NCBI RefSeq assembly: GCF_009914755.1
Contig: NC_060928.1
Reading direction: 5' to 3' (one strand)
Length of the DNA: 64,000 bases
Source: the human T2T-CHM13v2.0 reference genome, Homo sapiens
The notes under the pieces: generated by a model
What the model saw: only the letters and a program-made list of their open reading frames with translations
Databases searched by the model: none
Told to the model about the DNA's origin: nothing
In this document: positions 1 through 15,530 of the stretch, piece by piece
Numbering within the stretch: position 1 is the first letter of the stretch
Layout of the letters: every line of letters starts with the position of its first letter
Translations under genes and position numbers: made by a program

Positions 1-1130
<1,130 letters not shown>

Positions 1131-2351
1131 TAATGTTTATCCTTGCAGATATTGTGGTGCCTTATATTTTGACAACCTTTGGCCATATAAGGATTCTGGA
1201 ATTACTAATTACCTGGGAAAATACATGAAAACTATAATGTAAATAAAGCAAAACCGGTAGACATTCAATAAATATGTAATTTATGTGCTTGTGATTAAAT
1301 AGTGTATTTCACTGTCATAACCTATTCTCCTATAAATTTTTTGTCTATTCTGTTGACAAGGAAAGTATAATTATTTGTTTTGTTAATAAGCATTGGGCTG
1401 TATTGGACAGATTATGAGAAATATTAAATGTTATAGTTTTCTCTTATTTTTCTATATATTTGATTATCTTTTCCTTTCCTTGAGAGGAATTCTGAGCATA
1501 GAATTATAGATATTTGCTTGAGAATCTGTGATGTATTCAGTTTAGCATCCCAAATGAATGCAAAATTGATGAGCTTTTGAATGTGCTAAGTCATTTTGCC
1601 TGCTTTTTATTTTTGCATTATTAAGTTGTCATTGCCTGTTCTCTTTTGTCCTTTTACTCTGCACATCCAAATGTTCAGTCCTAAAATTATACCATGCCAT
1701 CACCAAATGTCCAGCACCAGATCCTTATTAGGAGAATAACAGATCCGCTAGAGATTAGAAGGGGTCAGTATGCCCTTTTGGCGTGACTCTCATACACTGT
1801 ACTCTACTTCGGTAGAAAAACAAAATCATTAAAATAACGTCACACATGAATACTCATTAAACCATGTTATAAACTTTCAGTTCATTTCACCAGGTCTGAG
1901 ATTCAGTTTATCTGTTCATCAGGTGATGCAGATAAAAGTGGCAAAGAATTTTGGGGGTATTTAAAGAAATAACCTATAGTTATGTGCTCCTAATTTTAGC
2001 TACCTGTATAATATAGTAGGAGAAAAATCAATAGAAAAGTAAATGTGGTCAAGTGTAACTGAACAATATTGGTGTCAGCCCTGACCATAAATATAGCACA
2101 TTTAGAAGTGTTCTAAGCATAACCAAGCCAATTATTGTGTCAGCCCTAACTCTGGAGCTACAAGGAGAAAAAGAAGTATCATTCATATGGAAAAAGAATT
2201 GGATCCAGGCATACGGATATCTTATAGGTATTTGATGTTCCACAGAAAAAATAACCTAAGAGACTATTATCAAGAGATTAAAGCTTTAAATTTAATAGAT
2301 CTGTTGGCTTCCCCCCCCCCCCATTTGAGTCAGTGGTTAGGTTATTGATGT

Positions 2352-2460
2352 CATTCATTCATTTATTCACTCATCAAACTCTTATTCACCCAGTGCATGG
2401 CATGCACAGTGCTGCTGGGGCTCCAGACATACATAGCACACAATCCGTGACATCAAGCAG
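2352..2460 (-). mobile_element. L2 3' terminal fragment
   Basis: (TCAT)n-like tail followed by degenerate antisense L2 end sequence. Confidence 0.55.
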
Positions 2461-2670
2461 GAAGAACTAAAGGCAGAGACTGTGGGTGCTCTATGTGCAT
2501 ATATGCTTCTCTCTGAGGAAATTTAGGTCCTGCTCTCCGGCCTCCACTTGAAGTGAACCTCTACCCTGTCCCTCTCCCTGGATTCCTGTGGAAATGTTAG
2601 AGGAATACTCAAGGCAACTGTAGCTGCCCCAATTTGGATGCTTCCTGTTAAAATATTCAGAGGATTCCAT

Positions 2671-2817
2671 GTTATTTTCCCCAAATAAATATTCTAAGTA
2701 AATGTAGGTTTCATTTACTTAGGGTTATTTTCCCCAAATAAATATTCTAAGTAAATGTAGGTTTCATTTACTCACGGTTATTTTCCCCAAATAAATATTC
2801 TAAGTAAATGTAGGTTT
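2671..2817. repeat. 53-bp tandem repeat, about 2.8 copies
   Basis: Unit GTTATTTTCCCCAAATAAATATTCTAAGTAAATGTAGGTTTCATTTACT(T/C)A(G/C)G starts at 2671, 2724 and 2777. Confidence 0.97.
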
Positions 2818-4273
2818 ACATTGATCTTTTACTTAATTTAGAAAGAACCTTCAACGGTGCATTACATTTGTTGCTATGTAATGTCAAGGATTACTATCAT
2901 TGTGATTGGTGCCATCTGCAATAAATGCAGAGGAAGAAGCACATAGCAGGGCTGAAGATTTAGAGCCTCTCTCCCAGTGGACACGAGCTTATGTTAGGAC
3001 ATGCCTCTAAATTGGTATGACTCACATGGCAAGAGGATAGATTTCTCTGTGCCTTTTATATTTTGTTTTGTTCCTTAAAAGTTTTTTTTCTTTTTCTTCC
3101 CCTGGGGATAGAAATATGTTTTTTCCATTTTTACAGGCAAACCACTTCAATAGAACATGGCTGGCGGCCATATGGACATATATGAATCCAACAATTAATT
3201 CAGCAAAGAAAGCTGCTTGTGGCAAGTTTTGAATGTGCCATTCCAGGTAGTGCTTTGATGATAAATGAGGAGAAGATTGCAAAGAAAATGACAGCAACAT
3301 TTATAAAAGGGTATGTTTCCTTTATTCATTTAATGATATTCAAATTATTAGTTGTTGTCTATTTAATGTGAAGTCTATGGCACTTGAAGGAGGTACTTAA
3401 CACTTTCTATGTATAATTTTACGGCAAAAAATATGGTGTTAATTTTCAAGGCACTTACAATCTAGCAAACTTTGGAATGAGTAAATGTATTACCCTTATC
3501 TGAAACTCCTAAGTCTAGACTTTTGGCTGGCATGGCTTCCAGAACTGGCTTTATGATGGTATTTCAGAACCAGCACTTCCAGCCAAAACCAATAAGTGTG
3601 GAGTGGCTCAAAGACGGAAATTACCAAACCAAACCAAAACAGAAACCCCTCAAAACAGAAAAACAAGCTCACGTTAACGAAACACATTAGAATCTCATAA
3701 AGGACTATTAGGAATATCTAGGAAACCACTCATTGTTTTTGTTTTATTTCACTAGGTTTTGTCTCAAGGTTGTCCTATCCCTGGATGATCCCTTCAGCTC
3801 TAACATTTGCAGAATCAAAGCTTTAGCTTCCAGTCATCACTCTTCACATGCAGGGAGCACACATGGTGTGTGGCTAGGATCCTTTCCCTTTAGAATTCCT
3901 TGGCATCAAGAGTAGATAAAAGGGGAAATAAAAGTATCAGGATATTATGTGGGTTTCATGTACATTTTACTGAAAGATAACTGTTTAACCTCCATCCAGG
4001 GAAATGAAATACTCCATGGCCATCCAAAGACCTGAGAAGTATACATTAACAATTCTGTGAACACTGGATTAAATATTTCCTCTGAAAAAATCTATAGCAG
4101 CTTATTTTTGTCTAATTTTATCAGCTACTTTTAATAATGTTACCACTTAAACACTTAGATATTTATTGCATGTACCATAAAAATATCAATTAGTTGAGTT
4201 TCTGAACTGAAACATGTGGTCAGATACCCAAATTATAATTTAATTCAAATTAATAAGACATTGCAAATATGGT

Positions 4274-4403
4274 GATAGTTGCAACTATCCACAATATCCC
4301 AAAGGGTCTGACTTCTGGAGGGAGATATAAACTCCCTCCAGAGCATTTTATAGAGGTAATGTTTATATTTCCCTTCAGAAGTTGAACCTATTGGGATATT
4401 GTG
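4274..4403. repeat. Long inverted repeat (43-bp arms) abutting a 16-bp perfect palindrome; possible palindromic MITE relic
   Basis: 4290-4332 matches the reverse complement of 4361-4403 at 36/43 positions; GATAGTTGCAACTATC at 4274-4289. Confidence 0.9.
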
Positions 4404-5579
4404 TTTATATTTTCAGTTTCAGCCACTATTATCCCAATATGCACACTGCACTTCACTTAGATGAAGCATAAAGGATATCTTCCCCATTCTTTTCATTGAA
4501 TGAGAATAGAATTATTGGATATGACTTTTAAAAATTACTAAAACGTATAAAATAATGGCACTACATATTTCCATATTTAAAGTGTGACAGAGAACTGCAG
4601 GCAGTAGTGTTGTGCAATTATGAGAATAGACAGCAAAGAACTGAAATGTTGCCCGGCATTGTTTATTTTTGAAAGCTTTATGTATACACCAGGAATGCAA
4701 AGAAGTACAAATCCTGGGAAAGGGTTAAGTGATGGGACCATCAGCTCTGCAAGGCTGTGGTGCATGAATCTCTTGACTTTCAAACAGTTTGGTAGGGTAT
4801 GGCTCTTTCAATGTGTAGAAGTCATGACACAATGCAGGAAGTTTATTGAAACCTTTGTACTGCTATATTTAGCCTGACATCCAGTGTTCTAGGCTAGTTA
4901 CAAGACAGTGTGATCTCCTTACAGAATACCAAAATGAACTATTTACACTAAAGGAAAGTAGTTTAGGAATGTTTCAGAGAAGAATTAAATATGGGGTAAA
5001 TATTATCTTCATTCCTTTGCAAAAACCTGTTTTATACTAGTTATTTCATTTTACTTTGAATTTGGATTCATGCTTAGGGGAAAATAGTTAGATTTTATGT
5101 TCCAAACATAATTAATTGTTATGGTTACAGTAAAATGAAAATCATAATGGGAAGAATTTGCAATATGGAAGAAAATCACCCACCATTATGTAGCCTTAAT
5201 CAGATTTAAAAATTTAGGCTCACTTTTTGATTTGTTGCTTAGAGCATAACCCCTTAATCCCTTTATGGGTACTTTTTGTCACATATAAAATGGAGAAAGT
5301 AATAATTACAACCTGCTTTTGAGGCTCCTTGGAAGATGAATACAATGAAAAGTAGAAAAATCAATCTTTATTATTATTATGTTTGAGACGCTGGCAGAAC
5401 AGTGTGATTCCAACATGATATCTAATTACAGCCAAAATTTTTCAGGAGGCAGTAGCTAATTTTGCACATCTTCTTTAATTGCCACATTTTCATGGGAACT
5501 TACATGGCAATTGATTAGAAGTCAAGGTTTTAAAGGTATGAAGAAACATTATCTTTCACATGCCATCAGCATGATCTGT

Positions 5580-6080
5580 CAAAAATACAGTTTGCCATTT
5601 TACTTCAGTGTTAAAAATTCCTCAGTGATTTCTCCATTGAATTCAAGATGAGCATAATATGCACAGTATTGCATAATGCAGATCTGATCAACTTTTTTCA
5701 GTTTCAGTCGCCATCATCCCAATATACACACTGCACTTTACTTTCACCAAACTTCATAGAGCGCCCTGACCGCACCAAGCTCTCCTGAACTTTCTTGCCT
5801 TCACTTGTATTTTTCCCTCTGCCGGATGTGCCATATCCTCATTACTGCCCCCACCAACATAGTGTAATCTTCTCAGTTTGAAAATTAAGCTTATATCACC
5901 TCCTCTACATACCTGTTTCTGACCTTGCCGTTGCCTGAAGACAATGCTGTATTTGTTTAATATGACTCTCTCCCAAACACACTGTGGGCTCCTTAAGTGT
6001 AGTCTCTCTGTTCTTTCTACCTTTATATCCCCAGAGCCTAGCTCAGTGTTTGCTGACTGAATAAGTGAATAAAAGAATGA
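5580..6080 (+). mobile_element. L2 3' fragment
   Basis: CTTTATATCCCCAGAGCCTAGCTCAGTGTTTGCTGACTGAATAAGTGAAT resembles the L2 terminus. Confidence 0.6.
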
Positions 6081-7576
6081 AACTCTGATATGAACTGTAT
6101 AATGTCTCTCTAGAAGCATCTGGAATTTGTCATTAATAATAAATTAAGTTGCTTTAATCTTCCAGAGTTTGGAACTAATTGAGAGATGGGACCAAGAAAC
6201 AGGCATGTCAAAATCAAAATGACAGCTTTGTTACAGTTAATAAAGGCTTGGTTGGGGGACATGACTTATGTGGTTAAAAGACATTTCCTAGTGGAACCCA
6301 AGAATTGGGCACAAGACCTTCTCAGTCAAGGCAGTTCTGAACAACCACAGGCCACCTTCCTATTTAGGTATAGAGTCTTGACCACTAAGTCTGTGACATG
6401 AGCAAGAGTAGATCAGAACATCTGCATGTGGTCAGATCCTAAAGAGAATGAGGAAAAATGCTGATCCAGGCCTGTTTACTTTCTACTCCAAACCCATCAG
6501 TTAGTTAATTCTATCCTTTTCCCTTAGGAAACAATTGGCATAGGGGCAGATAAGCTAGAAGTGTTCTTTGAATGAATCTCTTACTGTAGGGGAACAGTAA
6601 ATTAGGGGAATGTAAGCTCCCCTGGTTGCCTTCCTATAGCACTTCCAACAGTTCTCTTTTCATATGTCCTTTCCCTGGCAATAGTACTGTGCTTTCCCCA
6701 GCTAGCAGAGCATAATTACAGAGCCAGTGTTACAGTTGATAGTTCATCCTCTCTGGTGAGCAACTGGCAGAGATCATCCACCTGTAGTCTCAGACTTATA
6801 ATGAATTGTTGGTATCTTATATTTCAATTTTTAAATATAAAACTAATACCTGATAACCTTAAAAATTACAAGTGATTCAGATACATAAAAGTAAGCTTCC
6901 CTAAAACTTTCTCTCTCTTCCAACCTTCTCCCCTGGGTGGTGATAACTATTGTTTATGTATGTATCTCCAGACTTTAAAAATAGCCATTTATGAATGTTT
7001 AGGCATAAACATTTTTGAAATCACAAGTACTTGATAACTGATAGACACTTTCCCACCTCAATTTATATGCTTAACTCATTCTTTTTGGCATACCATAGTA
7101 TGAATGTTTCATATTCCCCCCTATTCTCTGGATACTTAGGTTGTTTCCAATTTTTCACTACACAAAGAATAAAGATTCTGTACAACCATCTCTCTTACTA
7201 TTTCTGTAGGAGAAATTCTTATAAGTAAAAGCTGAGTCAAGTAATTTGTACATCATAATTCTGATGGATATTGCTGCATTGTGCTTTCAAAGTCTATACT
7301 AACAATATATCAAGTTCCCATTTCCTGAAACTTATGGATCCTGGATATCATAAAGCTTTCAAGTTTTTGCCAATCTAGTGGTGGAAACATATCTTATTGT
7401 TTAAATTTCCATTTCCTTTTTTACTTATGATATTAAACATGATTCTGTATCGTTAGCAGTCTTCGGTACTTCCTCTTCTGCCAGTTCATAACTTTTGCCC
7501 AATTTCCTTTGGTAATTTAAGTTTTTATATATTATAAATTTTAAATCTGTATCTGCTATGTGGCAAATAATTTTTT

Positions 7577-9427
<1,851 letters not shown>

Positions 9428-9639
9428 CAAATAATTTTTTACAGAAGTGGCTTTCTTTTCACTTTGTTTAATAGTTCATCTTTTTGCTTACAGATTTTAG
9501 TGTCAACATTTTCATAGCCTAAATTCCTATGCCAACATCACTGTATTTTGTGTGTTTTTATTTTGTTCCCTTGACCTATTTGTGTATTCTTTGTATTAGT
9601 TTAACTGTGTAATAGCCACCTTTAATAAAAATCTCTAAT

Positions 9640-9860
9640 ATTTATTGAGTCTCTAATATGTATTAAACACTATTCTTTTTTTCACAACTACTTATGCAGT
9701 AATTAATACTATTATCACCATTTTACATATCAGGAAACTGAGACCCAAAGAGGTTAAGTAACTTGCTCAGGTTACTGGGCTAAGCAAGCAGCTGAGCTGA
9801 GATGGAGCCCCAGCATTACTGAACCAAGGTCAGTGCTGGTAAGCACTATACCACAATTGC
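9640..9860 (-). mobile_element. MIR
   Basis: CCATTTTACATATCAGGAAACTGAGACCCAAAGAGGTTAAGTAACTTGCTCAGG is the antisense MIR core. Confidence 0.85.
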
Positions 9861-9892
9861 TTTCCACAGGTTTATAGAATAACTTGAAATTT

Positions 9893-10258
<366 letters not shown>

Positions 10259-10400
10259 TCAGTGTTCTTCTATCTCATACTTTTTTTATGCATTTACTTT
10301 TATGAGTAAGTTTTATAATTATCTTAGATTTCAAGATAGTTCTGTTGCGATTTCACTAATTGCTTCAACATTTTATATTATTTTGAGAAAGAAATGTCAT

Positions 10401-10790
10401 TGTTATGAACTGCATCGTTTTCCACAATATCCCAAATTTTTATGTTGAAGTCCTAACTCCCAGTACCTCAGAATGTGACTGTATTTGAAGACAGGGCTTT
10501 TAAAGGAGTAATTAAAATGAGGTAATTAGGGTGAGCCCTAATCCAATGGGACATTAGTCCTTCTAAGAAGATAAAATTTAGACATAAGTAGGTACAGAGG
10601 AAAGACCAAGTGAAGACACAGAGAGATGATGGCCATCTACAAACCAAGGAGAGAGCCTCAGAAGAAACTCCCCTTGCTGATACCTTGATCTTAGACTTCT
10701 GCCTCCAGAACTGTGAGAAAATAAATTTGTATTGTTTAATCCTCCCCATTCTGTGGTACTTTGTTATGGCAACCCTAGCAAATGAATATA
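10401..10790 (+). mobile_element. MaLR solo LTR (MLT1B-like)
   Basis: TGTTATG start; GAAGTCCTAACTCCCAGTACCTCAGAATGTGACTGTATTTG; CCTCCAGAACTGTGAGAAAATAAATTTG; flanking 5-mers GTCAT / GCCAT as TSD. Confidence 0.9.
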
Positions 10791-11019
10791 GCCATCGTCA
10801 CATTTTAGTGTTTTCCCATGTAGGAAAGTGTTGGCTTTTTACTTACTCAGGCCTTTCCTAGGTTCTTTAGTTTAAGTGTTTTCTTCAAGTACACGTTAAT
10901 ATTTCTTGTTAACCTTGTCTTTATTCATTGCTTTTTGTTTTTCTTGTGATTTAGATGTTTTTTCTTACATATATATGAATATATGTACACACACATAGGT
11001 ACACACACACACACACATA

Positions 11020-11180
11020 TTTTTAGAGAAGTGTCTGACTCTATCATCTAGGCGACAGTGCAGTGGCATTATCATAGCTTCTCATAACCTTGAACTCCTG
11101 GGCTCAAGCGATCCTCCCACCTCAGCCTCTCAAGTAGTAGTAGTAGGCATTTATCACTACACCTAGCTAATTTTTGTTTT
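11020..11180 (-). mobile_element. Alu monomer (FRAM/AluJ right arm) next to a (CA)n/(TA)n tract
   Basis: GTGCAGTGGCATTATCATAGCT...GAACTCCTGGGCTCAAGCGATCCTCCCACCTCAGCCTC. Confidence 0.85.
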
Positions 11181-12043
11181 CCCTTATGTTTATAATTGAT
11201 CATTGATTTTGTATATTTATATTTTATCTGGCTACCTTACTGTACCTTCTTATTAGTTTTAGCAGTTTTTCAAGTGATTGTCTTGGAGATTTTAGGCAGG
11301 CAAATATATATAATATGCAGATAAAGGCAGTTTTGCTTTGTTTCTTTCCTTCCAGTACATACATTTCACTTTTATTTTAATGCATTGACAGGAATGCTCC
11401 AGGATTAGCTTGAAAAACAATAAAGATAGTGAGCATACTTGCCTAGCTCATGATCTTATTTGCTGATGCTTAACTATGGTATTTGTAACAGGTTTTGACA
11501 TAATTTTCAAGTTTTTAGAACTTTTCCAGGGCTCTTTATTCTCTTCTTATCAGCAATAGGAATTGTAGGAACTGCTTTACCAGCAGCTTATAAAATAATT
11601 CTATGGGTTTTTCTCTTTTTATATATTAATAGAGTGAATTACATGGCTAGATTTCTAAATTTAAATCATCTTTAGTTTCCAAAAATAAACCTGTTTGTTC
11701 ATTGTGTGTTCTTCTTAAAATTTGCTACTGGGTTGGAATTATTAACATTTTATTCATGAATTTTTTTTTAGAAAGTGTGTGCCTGTGGGTTCAATTTTTC
11801 AAGTCATTGTATGACTGAAGGTGATTTTTTCCTGTTAATTTGAATTATAATTTAGCTGGGTATAGAATTGTAAGTTTAAAATAACTCATTATATTCTGAT
11901 ATCCACTGCTGTAGATGAGGAATCAGAGGCCAGTCTAATCCTCTCAGCTAAAAAATACTTAAGAAAAACCTCATTTGATATGAATCACAGCAAAAATGGA
12001 TTAGATGTTTTTGAGATTCCATATAAACTATTTTGTTGTGTCT

Positions 12044-12430
<387 letters not shown>

Positions 12431-12861
12431 TGAGAAAACTAAATTTCATCTTTTTATTCCATCAGTATAATTTAATAAGTGAGCACTAAAGTCAGACATA
12501 AATTATAAATAAGAAATTCTTACTACTAAATGGGAAGCAGGTTAAGGAATAAACCACTTTGTCAATAGCAGAAGTAAGAACATAAGCCAGGTGTCTGAAT
12601 TATAAGATGTTTGGAATTCTTCTTTGGAAAGGGTTTGCTATTACAAGAAAAACTTGGACCTTTTGCTCAAATGATAAAGGGACCTTGGCAGTTGTTTAAA
12701 TCTCTAGGGGCAAAGCCACCCTAAAATGCACAGTTACTCTGAGATTTGTTTGTTCTCTCTATTGATCTGCTAGGCTTGGGATTTTCAACTATTAAAAATA
12801 TTAAGCTCTCTTAAAAATCATTATCTACCTATATTTGAGTGGTATGTATGTAGTATATATG

Positions 12862-12862
<1 letters not shown>

Positions 12863-12901
<39 letters not shown>
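12863..12901. repeat. (CA)19 microsatellite
   Basis: Perfect AC dinucleotide run. Confidence 0.98.
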
Positions 12902-12905
<4 letters not shown>

Positions 12906-14220
12906 CTGGAGTCTCTATTCCTTCCCAGTGATACTTAACTTATTTACACTACAAACTCAATTTTTCTGTTTATTTTCCATATTTTTGCTACCAATCTCTT
13001 TGGGAGTTATCTGTTGGCTGTGAATTTACTGAATTTGAAACTGAGATTATACCCAATAAGGATTTTTATTTATGAATTAATTGGTTTCTGGAGTTTTCAA
13101 ATAAAGCACGAATCTGATGGTCATATTGCAAGTTGCCCTGCAGGTCTTCCTGCAAAAGAAATGTGATGATTTAAAGGGATGATGCCTGTTGGATGAAATT
13201 GGCCATTTCAAAATTCTTCCCCTCATGTGTCATCTTATTTCAGCTGTTATTATATTCAGAGCCTTGCATGTCCACTTAATAGCACTGTGCAGAAAAACAT
13301 TTCCAAGTAAACACAGTAATGTTCATCATTTGTTTCTTAGGAGAGTCAAAGTGACTAATTTAAGTAATAGAAATACATAATTATAGGGAGAGAAAAGTTT
13401 TCTTTTGCTACTTTAGTATAATTAATAACAGAATGAGTAGCATCACATAAAAAATTAAAGATAAAAATGGCACATAGGTTTTATTACTTTTAAAATATAT
13501 TTATTGAATGATCTAGACCTATTCTTCATTTAACTGACACTGAATAGGGTCATTTAGGTATAAGATGAACTGTCATCTTTTTGGATTTGTAAAATCAGTA
13601 TCCATTGGGGGAAGATCTTTTTAGAATGTATGTAAGTATATTACAGTTCTGCTATTACTGGGCCATCAGATGCAATTTGGCACAGCATGATGTTTCCACA
13701 GTTGCTCCAAGTTAACAGTGATTGTAGAACCCTTAGTGATTGGCTAAGGTTATTTTTAAACCTAATTCTAGATAACTCAGAGAAGTGCTGTTCTATATTC
13801 CACATGGTAATCTCAGCAACATTTGGCATCGAGGATTTATTGCATACCATAACTCTGGCTTCACTGTGAATCTCTTTTACCATCAAAACACTGAAAATAG
13901 AACCTCGAAGCAAAGGGACGGCCATGCTATTTTTCATTAGAAAGATCACACCTTATGCATTTAGGAGTTCTCTGTTGCATGATATAATTTGTTTGCTTAC
14001 TTGTTTATTGAGGAAAACGTCTTTGCATCCGTGAAGCTTTGATGTAATTGACCACCTCCATCTCAGATGTTAGGTTCTGTCGTTGTTGAAACCACCCTAT
14101 GTGTAAGTTTCTGGGAAATTCTTGGGAGAACTCTGTATTCGTTTAACTTGATGACAAAACAGCAACATGCTAAATAATGTGATTAAAGTTGTTAAAAGCC
14201 AAAATAAACACTTATAATTA

Positions 14221-14480
14221 TCTCAAGAAAAACGGTGTCAGGCAAGTGCAGGCTCTATAAAGCGGGACTCCGTGTGCGTCTTTCAGGTCCTGCTGCACAA
14301 TAGATCATAGTTAAAGGTCTGTTAACAGACCTCTGACGGCTGAGCTGGGTAGCTTGTGGTTTCCTTCGAAACCTATTGGCATAATGTGAATTTATGTGTG
14401 AGGTGCAAATTGGAAGTTACCTTCTACTGGTGCCCTTGGCAGAACAGAAATCATACTGTAGGGCTAGCAGCAGGAAGTAC
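14221..14480. promoter_or_regulatory. Candidate enhancer or TATA promoter (motif cluster)
   Basis: Several retained CpGs; TATAAAG 14256; ACAATAG (SOX) 14297; 18-bp palindrome 14315-14332; TGTGGTT (RUNX) 14355; CAGGAAGT (ETS) 14471. Confidence 0.35.
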
Positions 14481-15349
14481 ATGGCTTTGAAATTACCCAG
14501 CAGGGTTTCTGCTCGCTGCCCTTGTTGCTTCTGAGACAGGGGCCTTATATTGTCTGGTCATGATTAAAATCAAAGTGTAGGCTTCTTTGCTGGGTGCCAG
14601 TAAACTTAGGTGAAAAGCAGAAACAATCTGGGATTTTAATTATTTTAAAATGCAATGTGGGCAACAAAAGAAGATGAAAGCATTTTTGACTAATCTATGC
14701 CAATTATTCCACATAAACGGATTTGCCAAAAAAGAGGCCCGTAGAGAGAGAGTAAGCTTGCCTTTACAAGAGACTTCATAACATATCTCACAGCTATAAA
14801 ATAGATCTGTGGCACGTATGCTGTTCTTCTGAAATTCATTGAGAAAAGTGCCTGAACATTATGATACTTCTGGGTGAGTAGAGAAAGACAGATGTGCTTT
14901 TTACCTTATTCCAAATACAAGATGCTACATATTTATGAAATAAGCCTTTAAAGCATGGAAGATAATTTCCTGGTTAATAACTTACTGACTTAAAGTAGTC
15001 CATCTAAAAGGCGATATCTTGGTGTTATGCTTAAGATTTGCCTCATTCCACAGTCAGGTTGGACGGATACTTCCCATTGTGCTATAATTCCCAGAGGTGG
15101 CAGAGTTGGATCTTCTCTCTTCAACTTCTTTTTCCATGAAGAGTATAAAGAGATGAGTCATAGGGTCAGAGTTCTCTGTCTCTAATAATTTGGGAGGAAG
15201 TCAATAATAAATAAGATATAGGGAGTGCAAACTTAGCATCATATTGTACCAACCAGTAATTAAATAAACAGTAGTCACAACCAGAAGTTAATATGTAGGT
15301 TTGTTTGTTTTTTAAAAAAGCACCCAGTGTATAAGTGGTGGGAGTTTAT

Positions 15350-15530
15350 GCATTAAGTTAACGAATATTTATTAAGTGCTTGATATGTGGTAGGCACTGT
15401 GATAAAGACTGGGGATATAAAGGTAGACCAGATTTTCAAGGAAGATAGAGAAATAAACAATTATTTACACCTGTTACTCTGGAGACTGACAAGGGCCAAG
15501 CTAAGGAAGTACATGTGCTGAGGTGGTAAC
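15350..15530 (-). mobile_element. L2 3' end
   Basis: AATATTTATTAAGTGCTTGATATGTGGTAGGCACTGTGATAAAGACTGGGGATA. Confidence 0.7.

Noticed and set aside
1679-1811. Peptide IRRITDPLEIRRGQYALLA, faintly like SET-domain N-terminal motifs
   Set aside because: Short, bounded by stops, out of phase with neighbouring exon candidates, and no downstream SET motifs.
2671-2817. CRISPR-like array
   Set aside because: Head-to-tail repeats with no unique spacers, in eukaryotic DNA with no cas genes.
13641-13949. 102-aa minus ORF and overlapping plus ORF in unique DNA
   Set aside because: No recognisable domain, non-ATG start, weak splice signals; length is within chance expectation.
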